Shown piece after piece: positions 16,903 through 24,888 of a stretch of 40,867 bases of DNA. The stretch is from Candidatus Heimdallarchaeota archaeon (GTDB lineage Archaea > Asgardarchaeota > Heimdallarchaeia > Heimdallarchaeales > Heimdallarchaeaceae). The first letter of the stretch is position 1. Each line of letters opens with the position of its first letter. The position numbers were made by a program, and so were the translations under genes. The stretch covers positions 1 to 40,867 of the forward strand of contig DXJF01000130.1 of the NCBI GenBank assembly GCA_019057375.1, written 5' to 3'. The notes beneath the pieces are model-generated. The model worked only from the letters and a program-made list of their open reading frames with translations, was not told where the DNA came from and did no database searches.

Positions 16903-19900
16903 ATGAAACGAAAAGCAATTATTGTTACAACTATCTTTCTATTTTCTTTGTTTATGTTTCAAATGAGTTCAATGATGATTATGACATCCATTGCTCAAAA
17001 TGACACTAATGTGGAAATAGAAATAATTACACAACCATCTTCTCTTCCAGAACAGCCCTTCATTGATTCGATGAGAACTTTTGTTTTGCATTTTGATAAA
17101 AAAGCAATGTTTAATAGCTTTGTTGATTCTTATAATCCAGTAGAAGAATTAACATTTTCTAATCTCAAAATGGTTGCTTTGGAGGATTATTTGAGTAAAA
17201 AGGATGAATATAGAAAAATAGACGGCGTAGATACCGTTTTAGATATTACAGATTCCAAATTTTACTTCTATGAACAACCAGAAGAAACTGAATATATAAT
17301 GTTAGATTCTTCAGGTGTGAAACAAACTCTTCAAACAAGAGACTTACTCAACATAGATGATCTTTGGTCTCTAGGTTATACAGGCAGTAATACTGTAGTT
17401 TATGACATAGATTCTGGGATATTTGAAGACCATCTCGATTTTGAGGAGAGAATACTGGATACAAGCCAATCATTCCTTTTGACAATATATGGAGCTCCAT
17501 TCAATGATTATTCAATCGACGATTTGAACGGTCATGGAACTCATACTGCTGGAATAGCAGCAGGTGCAGGAATCGCTAATGGAGAGAATATAGGAATGGC
17601 TCCAGATGCAGACATTCTAGTTGCAAAAATAGGTGGTTCTGGCTCCACAGTCTATGCTTTAGCTGGAATAGCCGCAATGGATCATGGTCTGACTATAGGT
17701 GTAGATGTTGTCAACCTCAGTTGGGGCGGGGGAGACAGTGAAGGAATGGATTTAACTGAAATTGCAGTAGAAGAAATGATCGCTCAAGGAGTGGTTGTTG
17801 CTGCAGCAGCAGGTAATGCGGGTGTAAGTGGTTTTTACACATTAGATTCTCCGGGATCTGCACCAAATGCAATAAGCGTTGCAGGAACAACAGTAACAGG
17901 TGGTATATATGGTGTTAGTTCAAATGGACCCACAGCGGAGGGCTATCTTAAACCAGATATTGCAGCTCCAGGTAGGGATATAATTAGTTGTGGAATTGAG
18001 AATCCTTCAGCTTACGTGACTGGAAGCGGAACTTCAATGGCAACTCCACATATTGCAGGTGGTGTAGCAGTGTTAATTGAAGCATTAAAAGATCAAGGAA
18101 TACCTTATGATGCTGGTTTAATTAAAGCAGCTCTTATGGAGTCAGCTGATCTTGGAATTAACAGTTACCTCAGCAGTGGTGCAGGACTCGCAAACTTTGG
18201 TACTGCTTTTACTAATATTCAATCTGCTCCCACTAATGGTTCTGGTTTCCCAGTTATTCTTTATGCACATCCATACTTCCCAATACTTGATTATACGAAC
18301 ATACCTCAAGGATTTCATGCAGAATTATATGTCCAATCAGTATCTTCAACTCCTTGGGAAGATTTAAATCCAGTTCTTAGTGGAAATATTACAACTATTC
18401 TGGATTTGAACACTACAGCAGTTACAGGACCATGGACAAAAAATTATTATTTGGCAATTAATGTTCCTGACAATGCAGCTTTAGGTCTTTACACAGGTAT
18501 TATTACTTATGAGACTGCTGCAGGTGTAACAACTACTACTCCAATAGAAATTACAGTTAAGGAAGGTAAAGGAAAAATACTTTATGCAAGGCTATTTACA
18601 GATTATGGAATAGATAATTTTCTTGGTCAGTATTATTATGCCATTGAGGATCTTCTAGCAAAGGGAATTGCTGTTAATGAGTATAGATTGCTTAACATAA
18701 CTGGAGAAGAAAACGTCATTACTGAAGATTTGTTAAATCAATATGATGCTATTTGGATACCAGATCCCTTTGAGTTGCGACTTGATGAAGCTTATACCAT
18801 TTCGGGTTATACAGAAATAACAGAAAGTGAAATTACGGCCATTCAAAATTACGTAAATGGTGGAGGAGGTTTGTTTATAGACTTCTTAGGTTTATCATCA
18901 CAGGAAACGCCTGTTGGAGATAGAAATCTTGGAACCAACATAACAAGATTAAATGAGCTCACTTCTATTTATGGAATTGAAGCTTCATATGATTTGTTTG
19001 AATTTGATGCTCCAGTAAAAATACCAGTAACTAAGACTCATGCTGTTACTGAAGGTGTCGATTACATGGATCATTATGGTACAACGTTAACTGTCACAGG
19101 TGATGCTATTTCTCTAGCAAAATATGCAAACAAACCAACAGTTGCTCTCTGGGAGAATTTAGCAGGAGGAAGAGTATTGGTTGCTTCAACTAATTTTCAG
19201 CTGGATACAGTGGGATATCTTAATTTGTACAACACTGGAACACAAAATGAGATTTTTACAATAAATGCATTCAATTGGTTAACTGCTAGAGAAAAAATCA
19301 CAGCAGTTTCCAGTGAAGATGAAACAGGTGTAGATTTTGACATATATTCACTTGATCCACTTGCAGATATTGCTGCTTCTGTTGAATTTGTAGAGCCAAC
19401 TGGATCTTCATTCCAATTTGTATCGTTAATTGATGTTGGTGGTGGGCAATATAGCTACAGACTTACTTATGCAGAAGAAGGTATCTACACATTCATTCTT
19501 GAATCTGCAGATGATAAATGGATTGGTGAGTACATATTTGATTCAAATCCACCAGTAATTACCTCTGGAACTTGGGCAAATTATACAGTCCCAGAATCTG
19601 CTAGATTGGATTTCAAGATTCAAGATACGATTACAGACATTATTACAACGAATGTAGAACTTAATGGTGGAAGCGTTAGCATATCTGGAACCGGAAAAGT
19701 GAGAACCTTTGTTGTATTAGTTTCTTCTCTAATTGAAGGAGATAACACATTGTATATCTATGCAGAAGATGCAGCGAGTAATATAATTGAAGCCACATAT
19801 ATTATTCCAACAACGAAACCAAAAGGAAGCCCAGTGAACACATTTTATGCAATATTAGGGCTGTTATCTATAGCCGCTCTAATTACTTTCTTAAGAAAAA

Positions 19901-19911
19901 GGAAAAACTAG
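16903..19911 (+). CDS. Secreted, C-terminally anchored S8 (subtilisin) serine protease with extra extracellular domains
   Basis: N-terminal signal peptide; triad DIDSGI, HGTHTAG and GTSMATPH; central GATase-like region (YDAIWIPDP...YVNGGGGLF); C-terminal TM followed by RKRKN. Confidence 0.93.
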   Translation: MKRKAIIVTTIFLFSLFMFQMSSMMIMTSIAQNDTNVEIEIITQPSSLPEQPFIDSMRTFVLHFDKKAMFNSFVDSYNPVEELTFSNLKMVALEDYLSKKDEYRKIDGVDTVLDITDSKFYFYEQPEETEYIMLDSSGVKQTLQTRDLLNIDDLWSLGYTGSNTVVYDIDSGIFEDHLDFEERILDTSQSFLLTIYGAPFNDYSIDDLNGHGTHTAGIAAGAGIANGENIGMAPDADILVAKIGGSGSTVYALAGIAAMDHGLTIGVDVVNLSWGGGDSEGMDLTEIAVEEMIAQGVVVAAAAGNAGVSGFYTLDSPGSAPNAISVAGTTVTGGIYGVSSNGPTAEGYLKPDIAAPGRDIISCGIENPSAYVTGSGTSMATPHIAGGVAVLIEALKDQGIPYDAGLIKAALMESADLGINSYLSSGAGLANFGTAFTNIQSAPTNGSGFPVILYAHPYFPILDYTNIPQGFHAELYVQSVSSTPWEDLNPVLSGNITTILDLNTTAVTGPWTKNYYLAINVPDNAALGLYTGIITYETAAGVTTTTPIEITVKEGKGKILYARLFTDYGIDNFLGQYYYAIEDLLAKGIAVNEYRLLNITGEENVITEDLLNQYDAIWIPDPFELRLDEAYTISGYTEITESEITAIQNYVNGGGGLFIDFLGLSSQETPVGDRNLGTNITRLNELTSIYGIEASYDLFEFDAPVKIPVTKTHAVTEGVDYMDHYGTTLTVTGDAISLAKYANKPTVALWENLAGGRVLVASTNFQLDTVGYLNLYNTGTQNEIFTINAFNWLTAREKITAVSSEDETGVDFDIYSLDPLADIAASVEFVEPTGSSFQFVSLIDVGGGQYSYRLTYAEEGIYTFILESADDKWIGEYIFDSNPPVITSGTWANYTVPESARLDFKIQDTITDIITTNVELNGGSVSISGTGKVRTFVVLVSSLIEGDNTLYIYAEDAASNIIEATYIIPTTKPKGSPVNTFYAILGLLSIAALITFLRKRKN

Positions 19912-20006
19912 TTTTTTCCCTCTTTTTCTTCCTTTGGCAAACATTTTTAACACTGTTTTCTTTAATTCTATTGAGATTCTCACGAGATTAATTACACAAG
20001 GGAATT

Positions 20007-20669
20007 ATGAGGATTCAAATGACTATCGCAAAAGGAACAAAGTTCATTGTTTTGTTTTTAATAGCTTTTTCAGCTCTATGTTTCATTTTATCATTTGTAA
20101 TATGGTATCTTACCAGCTTCTTTTGGCATTTCATTATACTCGGCTTAATTGTAATAACAAGCTCTTTCTTGATTTGGTCTTTTAGAAATCCTGAAAGGTT
20201 CTTTAGTATAGACATCAATAAAATTCTAGCTCCAGCTGATGGAAGAATTATGGAAGTTGAAGAGAAAGATGGAATAATCTATTGTGTGATTAGAATGTCA
20301 CCATTTGATGTTCATATGACAAGAAGTCCAATTAAAGGAAAAGTAACAAAAACAGTATTCAAGAAGGGTGCTCATTGGCCGGCATATTTTCCAAATTATG
20401 CAAAGAAAAACCAGAGGAATAAGATAGAAATTATTGATGAGGTGGAAAACATTAATGCAGTTGTAACTCAGATTTCAGGTATCTTTGCTAGAAGAACAGT
20501 TGCTTATGTTAAAGGGGGAGATAGCGTAAAACAAGGGGAAGTAATAGGTACCATCAGGTTTGGTTCACTAACAAGTTTAGAAATCAAAAGCGATAAAAAG
20601 TTTAAATTTAAAATAGGTAAATCTGATGTAGTAAGAGCTGGGAAGACAGTGTTAGCTGAATGTGATTAA
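20007..20669 (+). CDS. psd: Phosphatidylserine/archaetidylserine decarboxylase proenzyme
   Basis: Motifs FRNPER, APADG, MSPFDVH, ARR and FGS self-cleavage site. Directly upstream of the serine synthase gene. Confidence 0.93.
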   Translation: MRIQMTIAKGTKFIVLFLIAFSALCFILSFVIWYLTSFFWHFIILGLIVITSSFLIWSFRNPERFFSIDINKILAPADGRIMEVEEKDGIIYCVIRMSPFDVHMTRSPIKGKVTKTVFKKGAHWPAYFPNYAKKNQRNKIEIIDEVENINAVVTQISGIFARRTVAYVKGGDSVKQGEVIGTIRFGSLTSLEIKSDKKFKFKIGKSDVVRAGKTVLAECD

Positions 20670-21470
20670 ATGGAATGGCAAGATGTAACATTTTTACAAA
20701 AAAACTGGATAAAAAAGTCAGCTTGGATTTTGGCAAATTTCCTTACTTTTTCAAGCCTGATTCTAGCAATTATTGGAATTGTTTTCACTTTTATTAATCC
20801 AACAGATTTCAACTATTGGTTTGCAAAAATAATAGCATTATGTTCAATTTTTGATTTTGCAGATGGAAAATTAGCAAGAATAAGCGGCAGTAGAAAATTG
20901 GCGGTTGATATTGATACAATTGTGGATTCTATTGCGTTTGGGGTCTTTCCCGCTATATACTTGGGTTTCACAGTTGCTTCTTGGCCTATACAAACTTGGA
21001 ATATTGTTGCAGGTATTTTCACAGGATTAGTTTACATAAGTGCAGTATGGTTTAGACTTTATCGATTCGTTAAGCGAGATCCACTTTATACACCATATTT
21101 TAATGGGTTGCCTAGTCCATTTGCAGGGATGGTTGTTGCTTGTTTAGTTATTTTTCCATACACAGGACAATGGGTGATTATGTTATCGACAGTAATAATT
21201 TCAGGATTCATGTTATCAAAAATTCCATTTCCCTCCTTTAAGGGAGTACCTACAAAATTTGACATGTTTTGGATAGTAACTACTACACTGTGTGTTGTTC
21301 TTTTTGCTGTACTTCCTTTCAATCCAAATTGGATGGTTTATCCTGCATATGGAATTGCAGTTCTAATGATAATTTATCTCATTATGGGTCCAGGCTATGC
21401 TATAAAACTTGATGAAAAATTAAAATTAGGATCTACAGTAGATACAGAAGAAATGAAAAGTAAAAAATAA
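20670..21470 (+). CDS. pssA: CDP-alcohol phosphatidyltransferase (archaetidyl/phosphatidylserine synthase)
   Basis: DFADGKLAR...IDTIVDSIAFGVFPA and F.GLPSP motifs. Abuts psd (TAA-ATG). Confidence 0.88.
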   Translation: MEWQDVTFLQKNWIKKSAWILANFLTFSSLILAIIGIVFTFINPTDFNYWFAKIIALCSIFDFADGKLARISGSRKLAVDIDTIVDSIAFGVFPAIYLGFTVASWPIQTWNIVAGIFTGLVYISAVWFRLYRFVKRDPLYTPYFNGLPSPFAGMVVACLVIFPYTGQWVIMLSTVIISGFMLSKIPFPSFKGVPTKFDMFWIVTTTLCVVLFAVLPFNPNWMVYPAYGIAVLMIIYLIMGPGYAIKLDEKLKLGSTVDTEEMKSKK

Positions 21471-21482
21471 GCTTGATGCTTA

Positions 21483-22544
21483 TTATTTCTTTAATTTTGT
21501 AAGAGCGATTTGCTCAAAACCTAAAGCATTTGACAGCACAGCGTCAGTTGGTTGCAATACTTCATTGGTGTTCTTAACTATGTTGGCTTCAAAGAAGGCT
21601 TGTTTTAGGTAATCACCAAAGATATATGCCCCTCCACCACAAACAATAACTTTCTCAATCCATGCATCAGGAGGAAGATTGTTTAGAAGTCGATTGCTTT
21701 CATCAACAATCACGTCTGCAATGGAAATAACTGCTTGTTCCATTGCTGAGCTAATATCTAGAGCTTTTCCACCAACTAGAATATTTTTCTTACCTTGTTC
21801 TATAGCTGTCATTAAGTCAAATGGTCGTATGATTTTGCCAGCTTTTTCTTGAATTGCTCTAGATAGAGCACTTGTTAAACTGTCAACTGCTTCTTCTAAA
21901 GAACCTGATGCAGCTCTCATCATATTACCTTTATACATACAAAGAATGTCAGTAGTTCCGTGACCAACATCTACAATTATCGAATCTACTGCAGTTTGAA
22001 CACCGCTTGTTTTTAATGTGTGCCAGTAAGTTCCGTAAGGTTCTGGTGCAATGAATACTTGTTCAATTAAGATTTTCATCTGCTTTGATTCACCAGTAGC
22101 ATCATTTCGAACCTTAATTTCGTGAGTTCCTTTGAGACCTCTACTTAATTCCTTACTTTCATCAACGCCAGTTGCAATGGGAACACCTGTAGCCACTACA
22201 AATTGTTCATAACTGGATTTCATAATAAGACTCAAAATAGCTTTCAAAGCTAGAAGACTATTTTGAATTGATTTCATCTTTCCTTCTGAAGCCAAAGGCT
22301 TTCTAATCTCACTTTGAAGCCTAGCTAGTTCTCCTATGTAAACTTCTTGTCCCTTTGCATCTTCTATTATAAGATTGTTTAACCAACTTTTATCAGAAGA
22401 CATACCTTGCCAACCAGGATTAGGGGTTCCTATAACAGAAGGAATCCTATACTTCATGTTTCCTGATGTAAGTTTTATTGTGCTTGTTCCAAGATCAATT
22501 CCAACAGCATTTGTCATGGGCGCGATAGGCATATTTTTCACCAC
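21483..22544 (-). CDS. ParM/StbA/Ta0583-like actin-fold ATPase (not eukaryote-type Lokiactin)
   Basis: Phosphate-1 GIDLGTSTIK, connect-1 PEPYG, phosphate-2 VDVGHGTTD and adenosine CGGGA. Confidence 0.9.
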   Translation of the reverse strand: MVKNMPIAPMTNAVGIDLGTSTIKLTSGNMKYRIPSVIGTPNPGWQGMSSDKSWLNNLIIEDAKGQEVYIGELARLQSEIRKPLASEGKMKSIQNSLLALKAILSLIMKSSYEQFVVATGVPIATGVDESKELSRGLKGTHEIKVRNDATGESKQMKILIEQVFIAPEPYGTYWHTLKTSGVQTAVDSIIVDVGHGTTDILCMYKGNMMRAASGSLEEAVDSLTSALSRAIQEKAGKIIRPFDLMTAIEQGKKNILVGGKALDISSAMEQAVISIADVIVDESNRLLNNLPPDAWIEKVIVCGGGAYIFGDYLKQAFFEANIVKNTNEVLQPTDAVLSNALGFEQIALTKLKK

Positions 22545-22580
22545 TGTTTTTATCTCATGATTTCATTATTTAAACCATTT

Positions 22581-22624
22581 GTAAGTTCACAAGCAAAGCT
22601 AATCGCTTAGCTCTTTGCACTTAC
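22581..22624. promoter_or_regulatory. Bulged hairpin 40-80 nt upstream of the actin-like gene
   Basis: GTAAGT/ACTTAC outer stem plus GCAAAGCTA/TAGCTCTTTGC inner stem. Confidence 0.45.
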
Positions 22625-22717
22625 TGAATTCATTCTAATATTCTTAAATTGCTATAAAAGCTCGAGATTCAATTCTAGAGTTTTTTATTCCAATTATTAA
22701 AACGCAAAAAGCATATA

Positions 22718-22808
22718 TTTAAAGGTTTCAACGCTTTAAAGTAGCTTAGAAGATTATATACTACTGGAAAAAGTATATAAAGGTATGTGCTATTTTATGG
22801 CTAGCACA
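22718..22808. promoter_or_regulatory. Three consecutive inverted repeats, each with a 9-nt spacer, in the divergent promoter region
   Basis: TTTAAAG-N9-CTTTAAA (22718-22740), TTATATACT-N9-AGTATATAA (22754-22780) and TGTGCTA-N9-TAGCACA (22786-22808). The first two contain TATA-like cores. Confidence 0.5.
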
Positions 22809-22819
22809 CGTAAACCCAG

Positions 22820-23392
22820 GTGATAACTGTGGGTATATTTCAGCAAGATATGGACGAACTAGAGGTGAGGGCTCAGATTGATCGTGTCCTACGACAATCA
22901 GCTCAACTATTTACAACTGAGAATGGTAAAAGAGTTCGTTTAAACGAAGCAATTCGTTTGCGAGAATTTAATGCAGTTATGGGGTTGATTATAGCATATA
23001 GTGCAGGTGCTTTCTTAAGCGTTGACCGATTTAGGATAGAAGATAATCATCCTATCCGCTATAAGAGAATCATCAACAGATTAAACTGTTATAGTGGTCA
23101 AGTAAACTCAGCTTTAATGCTCGAGTTATTACGTTTAAGGGATCAAACTAAGATAAGTAAATATGAACTTATCAGAGTAGTTCAAAGCAAATACTTTAAT
23201 CACAAACCTGTTGGAACTAGAGATATCACTGAATCTCTTAACAGAATGTTAAGAAAAACAATGGACGAATATTTTAAATTCGAGGATAGATATTTCAGAA
23301 GAGGCCAATTTGAACTTCGTTTAGTTGAAGTTCCACGCAACACCCCATACGAATTAGCAAAAATTAGCTTAGATAACGTAATTCAATTCTAA
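22820..23392 (+). CDS. Hypothetical protein, possible C-terminal winged helix
   Basis: 190-aa ORF (alternative ATG at 22850) fills the gap between the actin and GTPase genes. ISKYELIRVVQSKYF...TRDITESLNRML looks HTH-like, but the resemblance is weak. Confidence 0.7.
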   Translation: MITVGIFQQDMDELEVRAQIDRVLRQSAQLFTTENGKRVRLNEAIRLREFNAVMGLIIAYSAGAFLSVDRFRIEDNHPIRYKRIINRLNCYSGQVNSALMLELLRLRDQTKISKYELIRVVQSKYFNHKPVGTRDITESLNRMLRKTMDEYFKFEDRYFRRGQFELRLVEVPRNTPYELAKISLDNVIQF

Positions 23393-23498
23393 ACATTCAT
23401 CTCTTTTGTAAGAAAGTTGTTATATCTTTTTTTGCTATTTGATGTTTAAAATCAGTCCAATTATTATAATAGATTTAAAACTGGAAAAAAATGGAGTT

Positions 23499-24257
23499 TC
23501 AGATGCTCTGGACGTATTCCAATCTTTGTTCTACAGCTAACTGAGTGAGTTTTTGAATAGGTTTAACAATCAACCAAACTGAATCTGGTCTCTTATCTAT
23601 TCGCAATCTACTACTATCATCAAAATGCTCATCTCTTTTGGGAGATGTTAGGATAGAAAGCAATTCATTCCTTGCGTTTAAGCAACTTCCAGTTAATACT
23701 AAGTTTGCGGCTTTATCACTATGAATGGCACCTTCATCAAGTAGATTTTGGATAATATCTCTCTTATCAAGTCGTTCCTCAGCTGGTAAATCAGATTTGT
23801 TGATATAAGCAACTACAGGAATACTAGAACCAAAATTCTCACCTACTATTTCCTTAGCTTCCTTAATAATTGCCTTATTTTGCTCCTCTGCTGTTTTTTC
23901 GAAGTTCAAGAATAGTAGAACTGCATCGACACCTTTCATGACAATATCTCTTTGAACTTTGTGTCTTTCTTCGCCAGGAACTGTCCAGAGTTGGTATCGC
24001 AATCTATCAAAATTATTTCCTTTAAATGGAGGTGTTTGAAAGACACCTTGATCAAAAAATACTGTACGACCTGAATCATCTTGTATTTTTGTTAATGCCG
24101 AAACAATAGTTTTTGGATTCTCCATTCTTCTGAGTGCGTTGAAAACTGTCAACATGCTTGTTTTACCACTCATCGGAGGTCCAAACAGAACTATCTTAAT
24201 TGTTGGTTTTCCTTCCCTATCAACTGAAAAAAGGTTAGATAACTCTAGTTGACTCAT
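23499..24257 (-). CDS. MglA-like small GTPase, paralog 1
   Basis: G1 GPPMSGKT, switch-I SGRTVFFD (MglA DRTLFFD), G3 WTVPGE (MglA-type T-V-P-G) and G4 NKSD. Confidence 0.88.
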   Translation of the reverse strand: MSQLELSNLFSVDREGKPTIKIVLFGPPMSGKTSMLTVFNALRRMENPKTIVSALTKIQDDSGRTVFFDQGVFQTPPFKGNNFDRLRYQLWTVPGEERHKVQRDIVMKGVDAVLLFLNFEKTAEEQNKAIIKEAKEIVGENFGSSIPVVAYINKSDLPAEERLDKRDIIQNLLDEGAIHSDKAANLVLTGSCLNARNELLSILTSPKRDEHFDDSSRLRIDKRPDSVWLIVKPIQKLTQLAVEQRLEYVQSI

Positions 24258-24318
24258 AAGTATTTATTCAGTGAATTAGTATATAAAATTATACATAACT
24301 TTGTACATTTTTTTGGTG

Positions 24319-24326
24319 TTTAAATA
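24319..24326 (+). promoter_or_regulatory. Candidate TATA box for the structured RNA
   Basis: TTTAAATA lies about 22-26 nt upstream of where the structured region begins. Confidence 0.4.
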
Positions 24327-24347
24327 TAGTGATGTAATTTCTAATCT

Positions 24348-24810
24348 GAAGGATTGTAGACATGCACCAACTTTATGGTGATCCTCGGGTTTACATCCAA
24401 CAATCATGCAAAAGCAAACCGTCGTCCACTGAGTGTAGGAAAGTTGACTAATCTTGCCATAGGAGCGAGTAAGCTTGAGCGTTTTTTTTCTCTGGGTTTA
24501 TATATGAAAGTAAACATAGAAAGCTAGATGGTGTGTGCTTCAGCACTTACCTGTTTCGCAACTACCAAGTGGTTGTCCCTCAGTAAACTTACCATGAAAC
24601 GGGGAGCCTAGCTAGCTCTGTGCTGATAACCCACTAACTAACAAAGTCGTCATGACTTCCCCTCATCGCACGTGAGGGGACCCACTTAAACGACGGTTAG
24701 AAAGCCTCTGGCAAGTTTAACCAAGTTTCATAACGTGCGTAAGCATCTTTGCGTAATGTGCGGGGTAGGAGGGTATGTGGCGTCCCCATGATGTGCTCTA
24801 GGCACTTCTA
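24348..24810 (+). ncRNA. Unassigned large structured RNA of about 460 nt with a long-range pseudoknot
   Basis: ORF-free, GC-enriched intergenic stretch. Helix AACCGTCGT (24417-24425)/ACGACGGTT (24690-24698) is crossed by CTTGCCA.AGG (24453-24463)/CCT.TGGCAAG (24705-24715). At least 8 local stems. Frequent G-U pairs favour the + strand. Confidence 0.75.
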
Positions 24811-24888
24811 AAGAATTTGTACAAAATTCATGTCATAGTAAATGGTAGTTTATAAATGAAAAAAACGAGATTAGAAGAGGAAGTTCCA

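Noticed and set aside
21483-22544. Eukaryote-type actin (Lokiactin/Heimdallactin)
   Set aside because: It lacks DNGSG..KAG and other actin signatures. The motifs are of the ParM/StbA type.
24417-24715. RNase P RNA (TAGGAAAGTTG resembles CR-I GAGGAAAGUCC, and the pseudoknot order is P2/P4-like)
   Set aside because: No complementary P4 3' strand and no ACAGAA...GCU(U)A CR-V motif were found. The crossing helix uses unrelated sequence and about 90 nt of hairpins follow it. A covariance search is still needed to exclude a very divergent form.
24348-24810. Group I or group II intron
   Set aside because: It interrupts no gene. There is no P7 GACUA/UAGUC pair, only 6 nt separate the two 3' pseudoknot strands (no room for P8), and no domain V AGC/CGC hairpin is present.
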